Origin: Eledone cirrhosa
Taxonomy: Eukaryota
Assembly: GCA_964016885.1 (NCBI GenBank)
Contig: OZ024751.1
Location: 32,612,001-32,676,000 of the forward strand
DNA: 64,000 nucleotides
Direction of reading: 5' to 3'
Position 1 is the stretch's first letter. Every line of letters starts with the position of its first letter. The notes beneath the pieces were generated by a model, which ran no database searches, had not been told where the DNA came from, and saw nothing but the letters and a program-made list of their open reading frames with translations. Below, one piece after another: positions 1 to 13,890 of the stretch. Position numbers and translations under genes: made by a program.

Positions 1-257
1 TGCATACATGCATGGTTGGTGATGTCGTGTATGCATGTATGTGTGTATAAAGTATGTATATGTGTATATATGTATGTGTGTATACATGCAGGTATTTATG
101 TCTGTCTCTATGTGTGCGTGTGTATAACTATGAAATAACTGCCTTTCTAAAGAATAAGGTGGAAGATGGCAGCATTTCAAGTAAATTTGTCAATTGTTTA
201 GTAGAATGTAAAGAAAAGTACCATTCTTACTACAGCCATATTAAGAAAGATAAAGGG

Positions 258-557
<300 letters not shown>

Positions 558-671
558 ATATATATATATATATATCATTATACTTTTGTAGGGCCATCCT
601 GCCAATAGAAGTACCCGCACTAGCTGATTTTCACTTCAGTTTTATCAGTTAAGTAGTATATATATATATAT

Positions 672-1631
672 TGTTGAAAAACTGAATCCTCCGTTCGATC
701 ATGAATACCACGAGCTTGCCAGCCACGTAAGTCTGATATTTGATTTCGGATTCAAAGAAACACTTTAAACGATTGATCGTTTGATTTGTCCAGGTGTATT
801 TTTCTCAACCTGATTAGTTCTATCGTTACTTTGGTATATATTGTGTGTTAGATTCGCCTACCACAATGTTCGATTTGTCAAGCTATTTAAACGTATGTTA
901 TTACTCTAAGGCCCTAACTTATCGAGTACTTTGCTAACTCATCATTTCATATAAGTAGGCCAAATTTACTTTCAAACCGCCAGAGATTCGATTTTACTAA
1001 TTTCCAATTATATTATTCTCCTAGATTTAATAATTAACTAATTAATTTAATTAGACAATTCTGTTGATTGGTTAATTATTTGTGTTTGTTTCATAACATC
1101 TAGTTGAGAGCTTATCATGATGATTAGCGGAAATTAAAATATTTCCTTTGTCTAACATTTTGAATGACCCGCCGAAAACCGGGGGTTATTTCCCTTGCCG
1201 GAATTAACACGTGACAGCTATAGATACGATACGCCGCATATATAGCAGCAACATTTAGCTTATCACTTCGGTTCTGGGTAGAACGAAAAACCTGTTGAAA
1301 AACTGAATCCTCCGTTTGATCATGAATACCAAGAGCTTGCCAGCCACGTAAGTCTGATATTTGATTTCGGATTCAAAGAAACACTTTAAACGATTGATCG
1401 TTTGATTTGTCCAGGTGTATTTTTCTCAACCTGATTAGTTCTATCGTTACTTTGGTATATATTGTGTGTTAGATTCGCCTACCACAATGTGCGATTTGTC
1501 AAGTTATTTAAACGTATGTTATTACTCTAAGGCTCTAACTTATCGAGTGCTTTGCTAACTCATCATTTCATATAAGTAGGCCGAATTTACTTGCAAACCG
1601 CCAGAGATTCGATTTTACTAATTTGCAATTA
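672..1631. repeat. Direct repeat pair (~340 bp) around a 280-bp spacer; partial-tandem (pLTR-like) insertion
   Basis: 672-1011 is nearly identical to 1293-1631 (both start TGTTGAAAAACTGAATCCTCCG). Both outer ends abut (TA)n. Confidence 0.8.
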
Positions 1632-1644
1632 TATATATATATAT

Positions 1645-2900
1645 AGTAATAATAATAAATTTGAAGACTAAAATCCAAAGAGGGCTCGATAAGGATAAAT
1701 ATATATCAAATATATAAGAACCGTAGAGTAAATATTTATTAAAATAACAGATTAAAGTTTAAGCAAAGAATCGCTGCTTTCACCCTTAACGGGATCTTCT
1801 GAAACTAACAAAGTCAATCTGTAAACGCAGAAGTGGATATTTCAAAAAACGTTGCAACCGGAGGAAGACAGGAAGACGATACTTTGGTTCGTGGAAACGT
1901 TCCCTGGCAAAGAACGGGAAAAAACGAATATAATACGTCATTAATAGGAGCGGTGAAAAACAATTACGCGCAAAGACAGAACCACGTTTATGGTATAAAA
2001 GAAGTCGTAGACTAATGTTCTCATAGGTGGTTCATAGAGACGTTCTCTGGCAATGAACGGAAAAAACGAAGATAATACGTCATATGTGGAGCGTGGAGAA
2101 CAATTGGACGCAAAGACAAAACCACGTAAATGGTATAGCTGAAGTCGTAGACTAAAATTCTAACTAGGAAACCGAATGAATCTCCGCTTCAGAGTTAAGA
2201 ATAAAGTAAATAAAATACAATACAGAGGTAATAGAAATTAAATAAATACATACACGCATGCAAATACGTACATACACAAGCATACGCGAAAACACTTGCC
2301 ATAGGTATACAAAACCACGCACATATAAATATGTGTGTGTGTGTGTATGCGTGTATACAAATAAATAAATAATTAAATAAACGTATATAAATAAATACGT
2401 ATATAACAAGCACACACACATACCTACATGTAAATAGACAAATGTTCGGAGACGTAAGTCAACCAAAACATGAAGTACACATATACACACACCCTACATC
2501 ATTTACGTGGTTTTGTCTTTGCGTGCAATTGTTCTCCACGCTCCACATATGACGTATTATCTTCGTTTTTTGCGTTCATTGCCAGAGAACGCCTCTATGA
2601 ACCACCTATGAGAACATTAGTCTACGACCTCTTTTATACCATAAACGTGGTTCTGTCTTTGCGTGTAATTGTTTTTCACCGCTCCTATTAATGACGTATT
2701 ATATTCGTTTTTCCCCGTTCTTTGCCAGGGAACGTTTGCACGAACCAAAATATCGTCTTCCTGTCTTCCTCCGGTTGCAACGTTTTTTGAAATATCCACT
2801 TCTGCGTTTACAGATTGACTTTGTTAGTTTCAGAAGATCCCGTTAAGGGTGAAAGCAGTGATTCTTTGCTTAAACTTTAATCTGTTATTTTAATAAATAT
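1645..2900 (-). mobile_element. Family 1 non-autonomous PLE-like element with ~400-bp inverted arms
   Basis: 1731-2132 is the reverse complement of 2500-2900 (mirror ORFs MDISKNVATGG...). The right arm stops just after AATAAA; the left arm carries an extra ~90-bp tail. Confidence 0.8.
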
Positions 2901-3035
2901 ATATATATATAATAGGTAGATTGGTGGATTCCCGATGTACATCGGAAGGCGATCATAGTTTTAAAAAATACTCAATACAATTGTAGAGTATAGACATATA
3001 CATATATTTTTAGAGAAATGATTTCTACGGGACTA

Positions 3036-3105
<70 letters not shown>

Positions 3106-3222
3106 GATAACACGTTATCGTTATAGGTAATCCAGTTAGAGGTAATCCGGTTAGAGTACTCCACGTCGTGGATGGTTTTAAACGTACGGCTTTGTTTGAC
3201 TCAACAAGATGTTTCCATAGTT

Positions 3223-3337
3223 ATGTGCTCTGATGTGTTGACCAGTGGTAAACAATGTATTGGAGATCGATTGACGCAACCTCAAGCGATTAGCGAACTC
3301 TAGACACACCTGATCAACGAAACAATTGTCAGTACAT
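3223..3337 (+). ncRNA. Hammerhead ribozyme-like motif with long stem-II insert (family A)
   Basis: Stem I ATGTGCT/AGTACAT, core CTGATGT (A9 variant), stem II GTTGACCAG/CTGATCAAC, GAAAC-AATT-GTC, followed by AATAAA. Confidence 0.6.
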
Positions 3338-3389
3338 TAAATAAAGCCTTTATTGTACAACCAACCATGTTACTCTTCTTTCTTTAACT

Positions 3390-3530
<141 letters not shown>

Positions 3531-3671
3531 TTATATCCCGTTATCCCGTCGTTCTACATTGTTACATATGTAGAATTAAAATTATGTTTTAAGTATAACT
3601 TCGCTATTCTCTCCCCTATATATATATATGTGTGTATACAGAGAGGGAGAGTGTGCAGAGAGAGAGAGCAC

Positions 3672-3735
<64 letters not shown>

Positions 3736-3898
3736 AGAGACAAACGTCCTGTTCTCTGGACAGATTTATTGTAGTTGGACGAAATTTTAGCTCCGATTTT
3801 GGAATCATGGATGCCTCACGCAGGACAGCAGTGAGGTACATTGTTTATCTTCTGTCTTATTCCGAATAAGGTTTAGTAATGAAGTAAAAGACTGACAA

Positions 3899-3973
<75 letters not shown>

Positions 3974-4160
3974 TAAATAACTAACTAAATAAATAAACAT
4001 TACAGAGTCATTAGTCAGACATTAAATTTTTGTTATAACTTTCTTCCAGGTAAGATCAAATCACAACACCCTTGTACTGATCTTACACCTCATTTGTGTG
4101 TATGAGTGTATATACACACAGACACACATAGACACGTACACAGACAAGCACACACACATA

Positions 4161-4193
<33 letters not shown>

Positions 4194-4198
<5 letters not shown>

Positions 4199-4543
4199 AT
4201 ATTAACAAATGGAAACTATATTTATAAAACCATATTTATTTCATTATACATATTTCAAGGACACCAAAGCAAATTATGGTGCGCTTTCATCAGATAAAAT
4301 ATAATATAGATCAGTTTTATAAACAAATATTGACATACCCTTAAAGAATGCGACCATGTCGGTTGGAAGCTCCCGGATAGCTTTGGTGTCCTTGAAATAT
4401 GAATAATGAAATAAATATGGTTTTAAAAATATAGTTTCCATTTGTTAATATATTGTATTTTTACTCCAAAAATTTGTTGAGTGCTTTATATCAGTTATAA
4501 AAATATTTGCTTGTTGTATCCCAACAAATTAAATATAACTTCT
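4194..4543. mobile_element. Fold-back PLE-like terminus with tail
   Basis: Arms ~4194-4270 and ~4380-4457 are reverse complements; tail 4458-4543; (TA)n flanks. Confidence 0.7.
4238..4300 (-). ncRNA. Type-I hammerhead ribozyme motif
   Basis: Minus strand: ATTTTAT CTGATGA AAG-C-GCACCA...TGGTGT-C-CTT GAA ATATGTAT A ATGAAAT. Stem I of 7 bp and an intact core. Confidence 0.7.
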
Positions 4544-4629
4544 ATATATATATATTATATCGAATACTAAATATACATATACACGCATCACACATCTCAG
4601 GAAGTGTTTCTAAATATACTTGTACACAG

Positions 4630-4661
<32 letters not shown>

Positions 4662-4762
4662 GCACACACACCCATGCATACTTTCACATACATACTGACT
4701 CATAACCTCATACACGATGCGTGAATTCCTCTACAGCCACTCTAACCATTATCACCAATTAT

Positions 4763-5122
4763 TTGGCAGTATCGGTAGAGGGTCGGACGCCATGCTTTGA
4801 CGCATAGAGTTACGGCCCTTGCCATTCTGAGTTCAAATCCCGCCGAGGTTAACTTTGCCTTTCATCCTTACGGGGTCGATAAAATAAAGTTCCAGTAATG
4901 CACTCGGTAATTGCTGGCCTTGTGCCTAAAGTAGAAACAATTATATAATATCGGTGGAGGGTCGGACGCCATGCTTTGCAGCACAGTTACGTCCCTTTAC
5001 GGACTGAGTTCAAATCCCGCCGAGATTAACTTTGCCTTTAATCCTTACGGGGTCGATAAAATAAAGTACCAGTAATACACTGGATTAATTGCTGGCCTTG
5101 TGCCAAAAAGTAGAAACAATTA
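4763..5122 (+). mobile_element. Two tandem tRNA-derived SINEs (4763-4943, 4949-5122)
   Basis: B-box GAGTTCAAATCC, central GCCTTTCATCCTTACGGGGTCGATAAAATAAAGTACCAG (resembles the Deu/Nin SINE domain), tail GTAGAAACAATTA. Confidence 0.85.
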
Positions 5123-5455
5123 TATAATATCATACAGTATAAGAATGCATATGTGTATGTGTGAGCGTGTATGTATATATATATATATATATAAATATAT
5201 ATATATAAACACACATATACATACATACATATATTTATATATATATATGCATGTGTGTGTGTGTACATAATACATACAGTATAAGTAGACCAAGTAGCAT
5301 GCATACATAACGTGTAAGCAATACGTTGCCGACAATAAAATACAGATATGCAGCAGGAAATATGGCGCACCAGTTAACAACATGGGTGCATCCGGTTTAA
5401 ACTACCACCAGCATGTCAGAGAAGGCAGACATTGGCATTATAACATGTAAGACTG

Positions 5456-5487
<32 letters not shown>

Positions 5488-5528
5488 TTGTGAGTTTTTA
5501 TATATAAATATATACATAAATATGTATG

Positions 5529-5565
<37 letters not shown>

Positions 5566-5601
5566 CTCTTTTACTGCATCTTTCTGTTCTTTTTAATTCT
5601 T

Positions 5602-5632
<31 letters not shown>

Positions 5633-5749
5633 GTATTATTATTTTTTAAGATAGGTCAGGTAATTTCTGGGGAAGAAAGTTTATTGGAAGAAGGAATCAC
5701 GATAGTTACGTTCTGGCCTGCCAGCAGGTTATGTATGTATATATGTATG

Positions 5750-5834
<85 letters not shown>

Positions 5835-5850
5835 ATATATATATATATGT

Positions 5851-5889
<39 letters not shown>

Positions 5890-5943
5890 ATTTGCTGGCA
5901 GGCCAGAACGTATCTATATATACATAGATTATGTATATATGTA

Positions 5944-6011
<68 letters not shown>

Positions 6012-6024
6012 CATATATATATAC

Positions 6025-6111
<87 letters not shown>

Positions 6112-6201
6112 TATATACATATATACATATATATATACATATATATATATATGTATATATATATGTATATATATATATATTTATATATATATATATATAT
6201 G

Positions 6202-6240
<39 letters not shown>

Positions 6241-6241
6241 T

Positions 6242-6300
<59 letters not shown>

Positions 6301-6394
6301 TATCTAAAGATAAAATATACACAACTCACTAGATATATAATATTATATATATGTATATATGTACACACATATATATATATATACACACACACAC

Positions 6395-6439
<45 letters not shown>

Positions 6440-6470
6440 TATATACATATATATATACATATATATATAC

Positions 6471-6516
<46 letters not shown>

Positions 6517-6535
6517 CTTAAACTTTAATCTGTTA

Positions 6536-6602
<67 letters not shown>

Positions 6603-6709
6603 TAATATTATATATCTAGTGAGTTGTGTATATTTTACCTTTACATATATATGTATATATAATCAGGGTTCTCCGAGAGAAATTTTGGCGAGTGAAACGT
6701 GACTGCATA

Positions 6710-6747
<38 letters not shown>

Positions 6748-6898
6748 TGTGTGTGTGTGTGTGTGTATTATATCAGTAGAAAATGAAAAAAAAAACATTT
6801 GCACAAGTCGATAAGACACCTGCATCATCATTACCTCGTCAGCCACCTTGGTGGCGCGCAATTTATCACATAATTATATATATATAATAAAACATAAT

Positions 6899-7085
6899 TG
6901 TTTCTACTTTTGGCACAAGGCCAGCAATTTCCCAGTGTATTACTGGTACTTTATGTTATCGACCCCCGTAAGGATGAAAGGCAAAGTTAACCTCGGTGGG
7001 ATTTGAACTCAGAATGGCAAGGGCCGTATATCTATGCGTCAAAGCATGGCGTCCGACCCTCTACCGATACTGCCAATTCACCGCC
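6899..7085 (-). mobile_element. SINE with 18-bp TSD
   Basis: Same SINE family; TATATAATAAAACATAAT duplicated at 6881-6898 and 7086-7103. Confidence 0.9.
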
Positions 7086-7777
7086 TATATAATAAAACAT
7101 AATATCCTTGATTACAGCGTTTCTTCTTCTTAGACGTGATTTTCCTCCTTTTCTTCCATTGGATCTCCCTGTGGGTCATGTGTAGTGTTACTGCTCCTCT
7201 GACTAAACCAGAAGTTTGGCTCATTTGGACCTTTGAGAGGTCGTTGTATGATCGATCTAGTTGACGTTCTAATTGCATGCCTGAAGACTGCTGAAACGTG
7301 GGAATTCAAGATGTTTGCAATTAGGTAAATATTTGCGCAAGATTTGTCAGAAAAGATAAAAATCTCGATAGGATAATAGGGAGTGAAATCAAGTGTGACT
7401 TAAAGCTAACTATTTTCGATACTTATACACTCCTAAAGTATTAGAAGCAGAAATTTGGATAAAGGAATTCCCTTTATTATTAGGCTATGTTAATAATCAA
7501 TTTAACAGCCAAAAGAAAAACAACCTGATGCGGTACTGGTATATATGTGAAAAATCCCGAAACAACATTCAAACTCTCTAAACATAAATGAACTGGAGAA
7601 TGTATACAGACGCCTTAATGTCTGGTTTTAATTTAAAACAGAGTCAGATGTGTATATATATACACACACACACGCGCACACACACACACACATACACACA
7701 CGCATATATATATATATATATATATATATTAAGAGAGTAAAACAAAGAAGCCTTTAATACATCAAAAGTTTTTATTA

Positions 7778-7815
7778 GCCGACAATGTTTCGTCCTATTA
7801 AGGACTCATCAGGGC
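7778..7815 (-). ncRNA. Hammerhead ribozyme in the inverted pLTR of PLE1
   Basis: Reverse complement of 12588-12625. Confidence 0.85.
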
Positions 7816-8254
7816 AATTAAAACAACAAGAAGTAATATCGGCAGATACAAGCCGGAAGCTCCGAAGAATATGGAGTGTACATACACTAAAGTCTTGCAA
7901 AAATATAAAATAAAAATAATAAAAATATATAATAAGAATAACTAAGGATGTATATAACATTAAGAACCATATTACAAATATAGTCCAAAGCAAATAACCT
8001 AGAGCTAAACGAAGGTGGTTATATAGAGCAGGAATTATATATAACACAATGTAATATAATATAATACATTATAATAATATACCTTTACCAACATTAAAAT
8101 TACAATAAAATTCAAAAAGTACAATATGCACATGTATATATGTGCGCACACGCACACACACACACACATACAACAATACGCACATCTATCTTCAACTACA
8201 CAAATTAAACCTTATTAGGAGTTTGAATATAAAAATAAGCATGATAAGAGTGAA

Positions 8255-8295
<41 letters not shown>

Positions 8296-8492
8296 CAATA
8301 CATCTACCCAATATACATGAGGTAATAATATGATATAATTACAAGAAACACATATAATAAGTAATAAACAATACAATTATATAATTCAATATAATAGATG
8401 ATCCCCGGTTAATTTACACAAACAATATAGATGTCACAATAATAATATAATAATAATATATTAACATATCGATTCATACTGGGTTACAGAGT

Positions 8493-10598
8493 AAGGATCA
8501 TAAGGTTGATTTTATTAGTAACCCCTCTGTTAGACTCATCTGTCCTTCTAAGTCTGATATAGCCATTATCAGTAAAAAAATCCTTGACCTTATTATACCA
8601 GATGTTAGGGATAAGGTTAATTTTAACCTATGGGGGAACACTAGGGAAGTTATAGATTGGTTCTCTGGGATTAATAGACTTGAATCTAATAAGTTTATCC
8701 AATTCGATATTGATGCCTACTACACATCAATTTCACCCATCCTCCTCAATAAAGCTTTAATGTTGGCCATGAGAGTGTCCAGCCTTACACGATCACAGGT
8801 AGATATTATACTAGCAGCCCGTAAAACTATTATTAAATTTGAGGACACATTTTGGACCCGCAAAAACACGCCCAATAATTTCGACGTTACAATGGGTTCG
8901 AGTGATTCGGCCCAGGTTACTGATCTTGTTGGGTTGTTCCTCCTTAATGAACTATACGCTACCTTCCCGCACCTTATAGGCGGACTATATCGTGATGATG
9001 CATTGTTTGTAATTAACTCTAGCACCAACAATGTAGAACATAATAAGAAGAAGCTTTATAAGTTTTTTAAAAGCCACAACCTTTCGATCACGATAGATAG
9101 AAATGATAGAGCGGTTAACTTTTTAGATGTGACTTTGGACTTGGTCACTAATAGTTTTAAACCCTTCCATAAGCCTAATGAAATTCTTTCTTATGTTAGC
9201 CCCAATTCTAACCACCCTAAGTCTATGATAAGCTCTATAATTAAGGGTGTATCTAATAGGATTTCCACACTCTCTAAGGACATAGGAACATTTAATGAAC
9301 ATGCGGAGTACTACAATAATGCCCTAGCAAATTCAGGTTACTCTAGTAAAATACATTATAATAATAGTAACCTTAGAAAGTCTCCGCTTACTTTTAACAA
9401 TAATAACATAATATCACATAACATGGCCATGAATGGGAGTAGCAAATATAGTAACCGTAAAAATGATATAGGTGTATCCTAACCCATCCATAAATTAACC
9501 CACCAGACTCGTAATAGCAAATATAATACCTCTAGGAAACAAGTTGAACCCCCTGTGCGCTCACACATTGGTGATGGTTTTGCTGGATCTTATTCTATTA
9601 ATGTTGCTCCTACTGATCCTATCATTGGCCCTAATCCTTTTGAAGGGATTCCGGACAGCAACAGATCTACTGGAGGTAGAAACTATAATAGACATAACGA
9701 AATTATGGCTGATTTTATGAATGTGGCTTTAACTAATCCTTGTAGTAACCCTAGTCTCGATGGTGGTACATTTGATAAAGGTAGGGTCGGTAAGAATAAA
9801 AATAGAAGGCGATTAAATACTTATTTTAACCCGCCATATAATCAGGATGTATCAACTAATATCCCTAGGTCTTTCTTCACTATCTTAGAGAAAAATTTCC
9901 CCCCTTCTCATAAATACCATAGTATTTTTAATAAAAATGTTATTAAACTCTCATTCTCTACCACCCCTAATATTAGTTCTCACTTAGCTAGCACTAATAA
10001 TAGGAAAATTAGGGATGGATTCTCCTCTCTACATACTACTAGTCTGAACAGATCTGACAATGCTTTACCACCAGAACAGTCCTTATCTAATAGCAATCCT
10101 ACGTGTAATACATCACCACTCGTGCCAACCAATAACACCCGGAAGTGCAATTGTAGAGTGAGTGCTAACTGCCCTTTAAACGGTAACTGCCTTTCTAAGA
10201 ACATTGTCTACGCTTGCGAAGTTATAACTAATTCCTCTAATAGAACTTATATAGGATCTACATCAAACACTTTTAAGACTAGGTTTAACTCTCATATCTC
10301 TAACTTCAAACATGTTAAGTTTAAGAATTCTACTTCTTTAGCACATTATATCTGGGATCTTAAGGGAGCTTATATACCATATAGCCTTAACTGGCGTTTA
10401 GTAGCACGCTCTAACCACCTTTCTACACATACTAAGTTTTGTAATCTCTGTATCCTTGAGACACACTCTATAATTTTCTCTAGCGTATCCTTACTTAATA
10501 GAAAGTCTGAGATATTCTCTTCTTGCCCCCACGCTATTTCTAATTCTTACTTTTATTATAAACCCAAACGTTCTAGTAGTACAAATTGTACCCATTAG
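8493..10598 (+). pseudogene. PLE reverse transcriptase-GIY-YIG endonuclease ORF (possibly Nematis-like), 5'-truncated, one in-frame stop
   Basis: One frame from KDHKVDF...RLICPSK, FDIDAYYTSI, FDVTMGS, GGLYRDD, NFLDVTLDL, YFNPPYN, CNCR..CPL.G.C, IVY...YIG, CNLC...CPH. The 8760 and 9555 ORFs share a frame and are split only by TAA at 9480-9482. Confidence 0.9.
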
Positions 10599-11635
10599 CA
10601 GATATATTCCATTACTTATTTTTTAGTTTAGGTTCTTTTGTTTGCCAACATTATTATTATCATCATTATTATCATTGGTTTTTGTTGACTCTTTATTCTA
10701 GCTCTCATAATCATTTGGCTACTGTACCATATCTGTCTTCTTACGCATTAAATTTTCACTATTACACCTTGTGAATATATATAAGATTACATACTTTACG
10801 CTATTTACTTTATTTTATTATTATCTTCATTTTTATTTTTTATTTTATTTTTAATTTTATTTTTAATTTTATTTTTATTCAGATTCATCTTTGGATACCC
10901 CCCCCCCCCATGCGCACATAAACTTATTGTCAACCCCTCCATATTGACTATGATTATATGTAAACGCCCCCCCCCCCTCTTTTACGCTCCGTTCTATTAT
11001 TTATTATAGTATATCGACTATATTTTATGCCCCTTTGCATCCTCCATATATTTCTTCAATTCTGTCCCCATTAGCCTACCTTAATTCTACTTAAGTCAGT
11101 TTTTTAGATATCGTTATGTATATGATAGTAAAAAATTTCATTCCTTTTTGTAAACATTTATAACGAAACATTGAAGTTTATAAACTTTAATGACTTAAAC
11201 TATAGCTAATATTATACTACCTTATTGGATAGTTTAAATATTTTTAAAATTAATTTATCAAATAGGGTTTTCAAGTCATTTATAGGGATTGTTTTCCTTA
11301 GTTTTTACTTAACTACCTAACCGCATGTGAGACCTAAATGTATATGTTTGTTTTTGTTTTGTAATTTCCGGTTGATTATATTTATTTATTTTATTCTATA
11401 TTTTATATTCTATATTTTATTTGAAATACTACTGGGCATTATATTTACTATTTACTATTCACTGTCTGGCACTTACTTACACATCCACATATGTCTGTCT
11501 ACTAACCTTGTAATTATAAGTAATTATATATTATATTATGTCAATTTATTTTATATAATATATTATATTATATTGTATTGTAATATTGATCCTTATTACT
11601 TACTGTTCATTATATGTAACATTATGATATTTAAA

Positions 11636-11820
11636 GGGCGGTGGATTGGCAGTATCGGTAGAGGGTCGGACGCCATGCTTTCCAGCATAGTTACGTCCCT
11701 TTACGATCTGAGTTCAAATCCCGCCGAGGTTTACTTTGCCTTTCATCCTTACGAGGTCGATAAAATAAAGTACCAGTAATGCACTGGGTAATTGCTGGCC
11801 TTGTGCCTAAAGTAGAAACA
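11636..11820 (+). mobile_element. SINE inserted in the PLE1 3' UTR, 15-bp TSD
   Basis: ATTATGATATTTAAA at 11621-11635 and 11821-11835. Confidence 0.9.
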
Positions 11821-12116
11821 ATTATGATATTTAAACTTTATATATCATGTAAGATGTTTGTATTTTTCTGTACCATCACAATGTTTTTTGAGTATTGTAT
11901 AATTTATTTTTCCTCATTTACTCTGTAACCCAGTATGAATCGATTTGTTAATATATTATTATTATATTATTATTGTGACATCTATATTGTTTGTGTAAAT
12001 GAACCGGGGATCATCTATTATATTGAATTATATAATTGTATTGTTTATTACTTATTATATGTGTTTCTTGTAATTATATCATATTATTACCTCATGTATA
12101 TTGGGTAGATGTATTG

Positions 12117-12148
<32 letters not shown>

Positions 12149-12587
12149 TTCACTCTTATCATGCTTATTTTTATATTCAAACTCCTAATAAGGTTTAATT
12201 TGTGTAGTTGAAGATAGATGTGCGTATTGTTGTATGTGTGTGTGTGTGTGCGTGTGCGCACATATATACATGTGCATATTGTACCTTTTGATTTTTATTG
12301 TAATTTTAATGTTGGTAAAGGTATATTATTATAATGTATTATATTATATTACATTGTGTTATATATAATTCCTGCTCTATATAACCACCTTCGTTTAGCT
12401 CTAGGTTATTTGCTTTGGACTATATTTGTAATATGGTTCTTAATGTTATATACATCCTTAGTTATTCTTATTATATATTTTTATTATTTTTATTTTATAT
12501 TTTTGCAAGACTTTAGTGTATGTACACTCCATATTCTTCGGAGCTTCCGGCTTGTATCTGCCGATATTACTTCTTGTTGTTTTAATT

Positions 12588-12625
12588 GCCCTGATGAGTC
12601 CTTAATAGGACGAAACATTGTCGGC
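12588..12625 (+). ncRNA. Minimal type-I hammerhead ribozyme of the PLE1 pLTR
   Basis: GCC CTGATGA GTCC-TTAATA-GGAC GAAAC-ATT-GTC GGC, then AATAAA at 12627. Predicted cleavage after GUC (12622). Confidence 0.88.
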
Positions 12626-12772
12626 TAATAAATACTTTTGATGTATTAAAGGCTTCTTTGTTTTACTCTCTTAATTTTTCGGCTCTGTTTAACTGCATTG
12701 AGCTATAGCTTTTACTGTCATTTCTATAATACGAAGAGGGTGTTTAACTCCAACACGCTCCAGTATTTTAAT

Positions 12773-12817
<45 letters not shown>

Positions 12818-13421
12818 ACATGTAACCCAGTACAACCTGTCGCATGGTCGGGTCATCGGCGACTAAACCGGCAACCCCACCAAGTTTACTTGGTGAGGAG
12901 GGTGATTTTGGACACCCTGCAGGACAAAAAACAAAAGCTGACAAAGGGCGAAAGAACTCATAAAAGTCAACGGCCATCCAAAAGTCTGTAAATATGTATA
13001 TACACATGTACATATGTATGTATATGTATATGTATATGTGTATATGCATGGGTGCATGTGTATGTATATGCGCGGAGACATAGAAATAGTCTGGCTGGAC
13101 ACCCGATCGCGTGGTTAAACCACTGGGAGTGAAGGACCTCTAGCCTTTGTCAGGGCATTCTTCTAGGAGAAGGCAACTCAGGAAACTGGGATAATTCCGA
13201 TATAAAACCTGCTGCTTATTAATTACCGATGATGTTGATCTTTTCTTCTTTTAGGGTTATAGCTACTGTCGCTCAGAGAGTGGGATTGGCTTAGTGCAGA
13301 GGTCTTTCCTCACTTTAAAAAATATCTTCACTCACAGGCATTGGACGATAGAATTAATTAATAATTATTAATAATGGTGCAATGGCCATACTCAATAACG
13401 AGGGGGCAGCCATCACCATGC

Positions 13422-13480
<59 letters not shown>

Positions 13481-13496
13481 TATATATATATATATA

Positions 13497-13607
13497 GGAA
13501 AATGTATGACCCCGACGGCAGAGCTCATGCCATTTCGACGGCTATTTCTGAACTAAATTGAGTACTCTGGTGCGTTATGGTCCATCTAGTTCCTTACCAG
13601 AACTCCT

Positions 13608-13611
<4 letters not shown>
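13497..13611. mobile_element. Rearranged fragment of fold-back family D
   Basis: Matches the arm and tail of 19183-19371 and 61754-61937. Confidence 0.7.
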
Positions 13612-13662
<51 letters not shown>

Positions 13663-13664
13663 TA

Positions 13665-13890
13665 TGTACTATAACGAGGTACTAACCAGAAGTTGCTTAA
13701 GTAGAAAGCAAGTTTAAATAGAAGACACCCCTAACACCTCAAATCACAGGAGAATGATGAAGAGAAAAATAACCTGGTTTAACTACCTCATAACTTAAAC
13801 GTCACGACAAATATAACCAAGAATTTCCTATCGGCTATTAGGCATTATTTTCCAAGAACACAAAAATATCAGAAACCGTTTAAATAAATA
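13665..13890 (+). pseudogene. Degraded fragment of a third PLE ORF (thumb/linker region)
   Basis: Translates with a stop and a frameshift to YYNEVLTRS...KRKITWFN-PHNLNVTTNITKNFLSAIRHYFPRTQKYQK, which aligns to PLE1 YYNNALANS...RLNTYFNPPYNQDVSTNIPRSFFTILEKNFPPSHKYHS. Confidence 0.65.

Larger units (their letters stand above)
7728..12776 (+). mobile_element. Penelope-like retroelement (PLE1), 5'-truncated, with inverted pseudo-LTR and 3' tail
   Basis: 7728-8494 is the reverse complement of 11918-12675; tail 12676-12776; flanked by (TA)n. Encloses an RT + GIY-YIG frame, with hammerheads in both arms. Confidence 0.92.

Noticed and set aside
1833-2799. Paired 60-aa ORFs MDISKNVATGG on opposite strands
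   Set aside because: Consequence of the inverted repeat; GTG start, and the frame is not kept in the copy at 63700.
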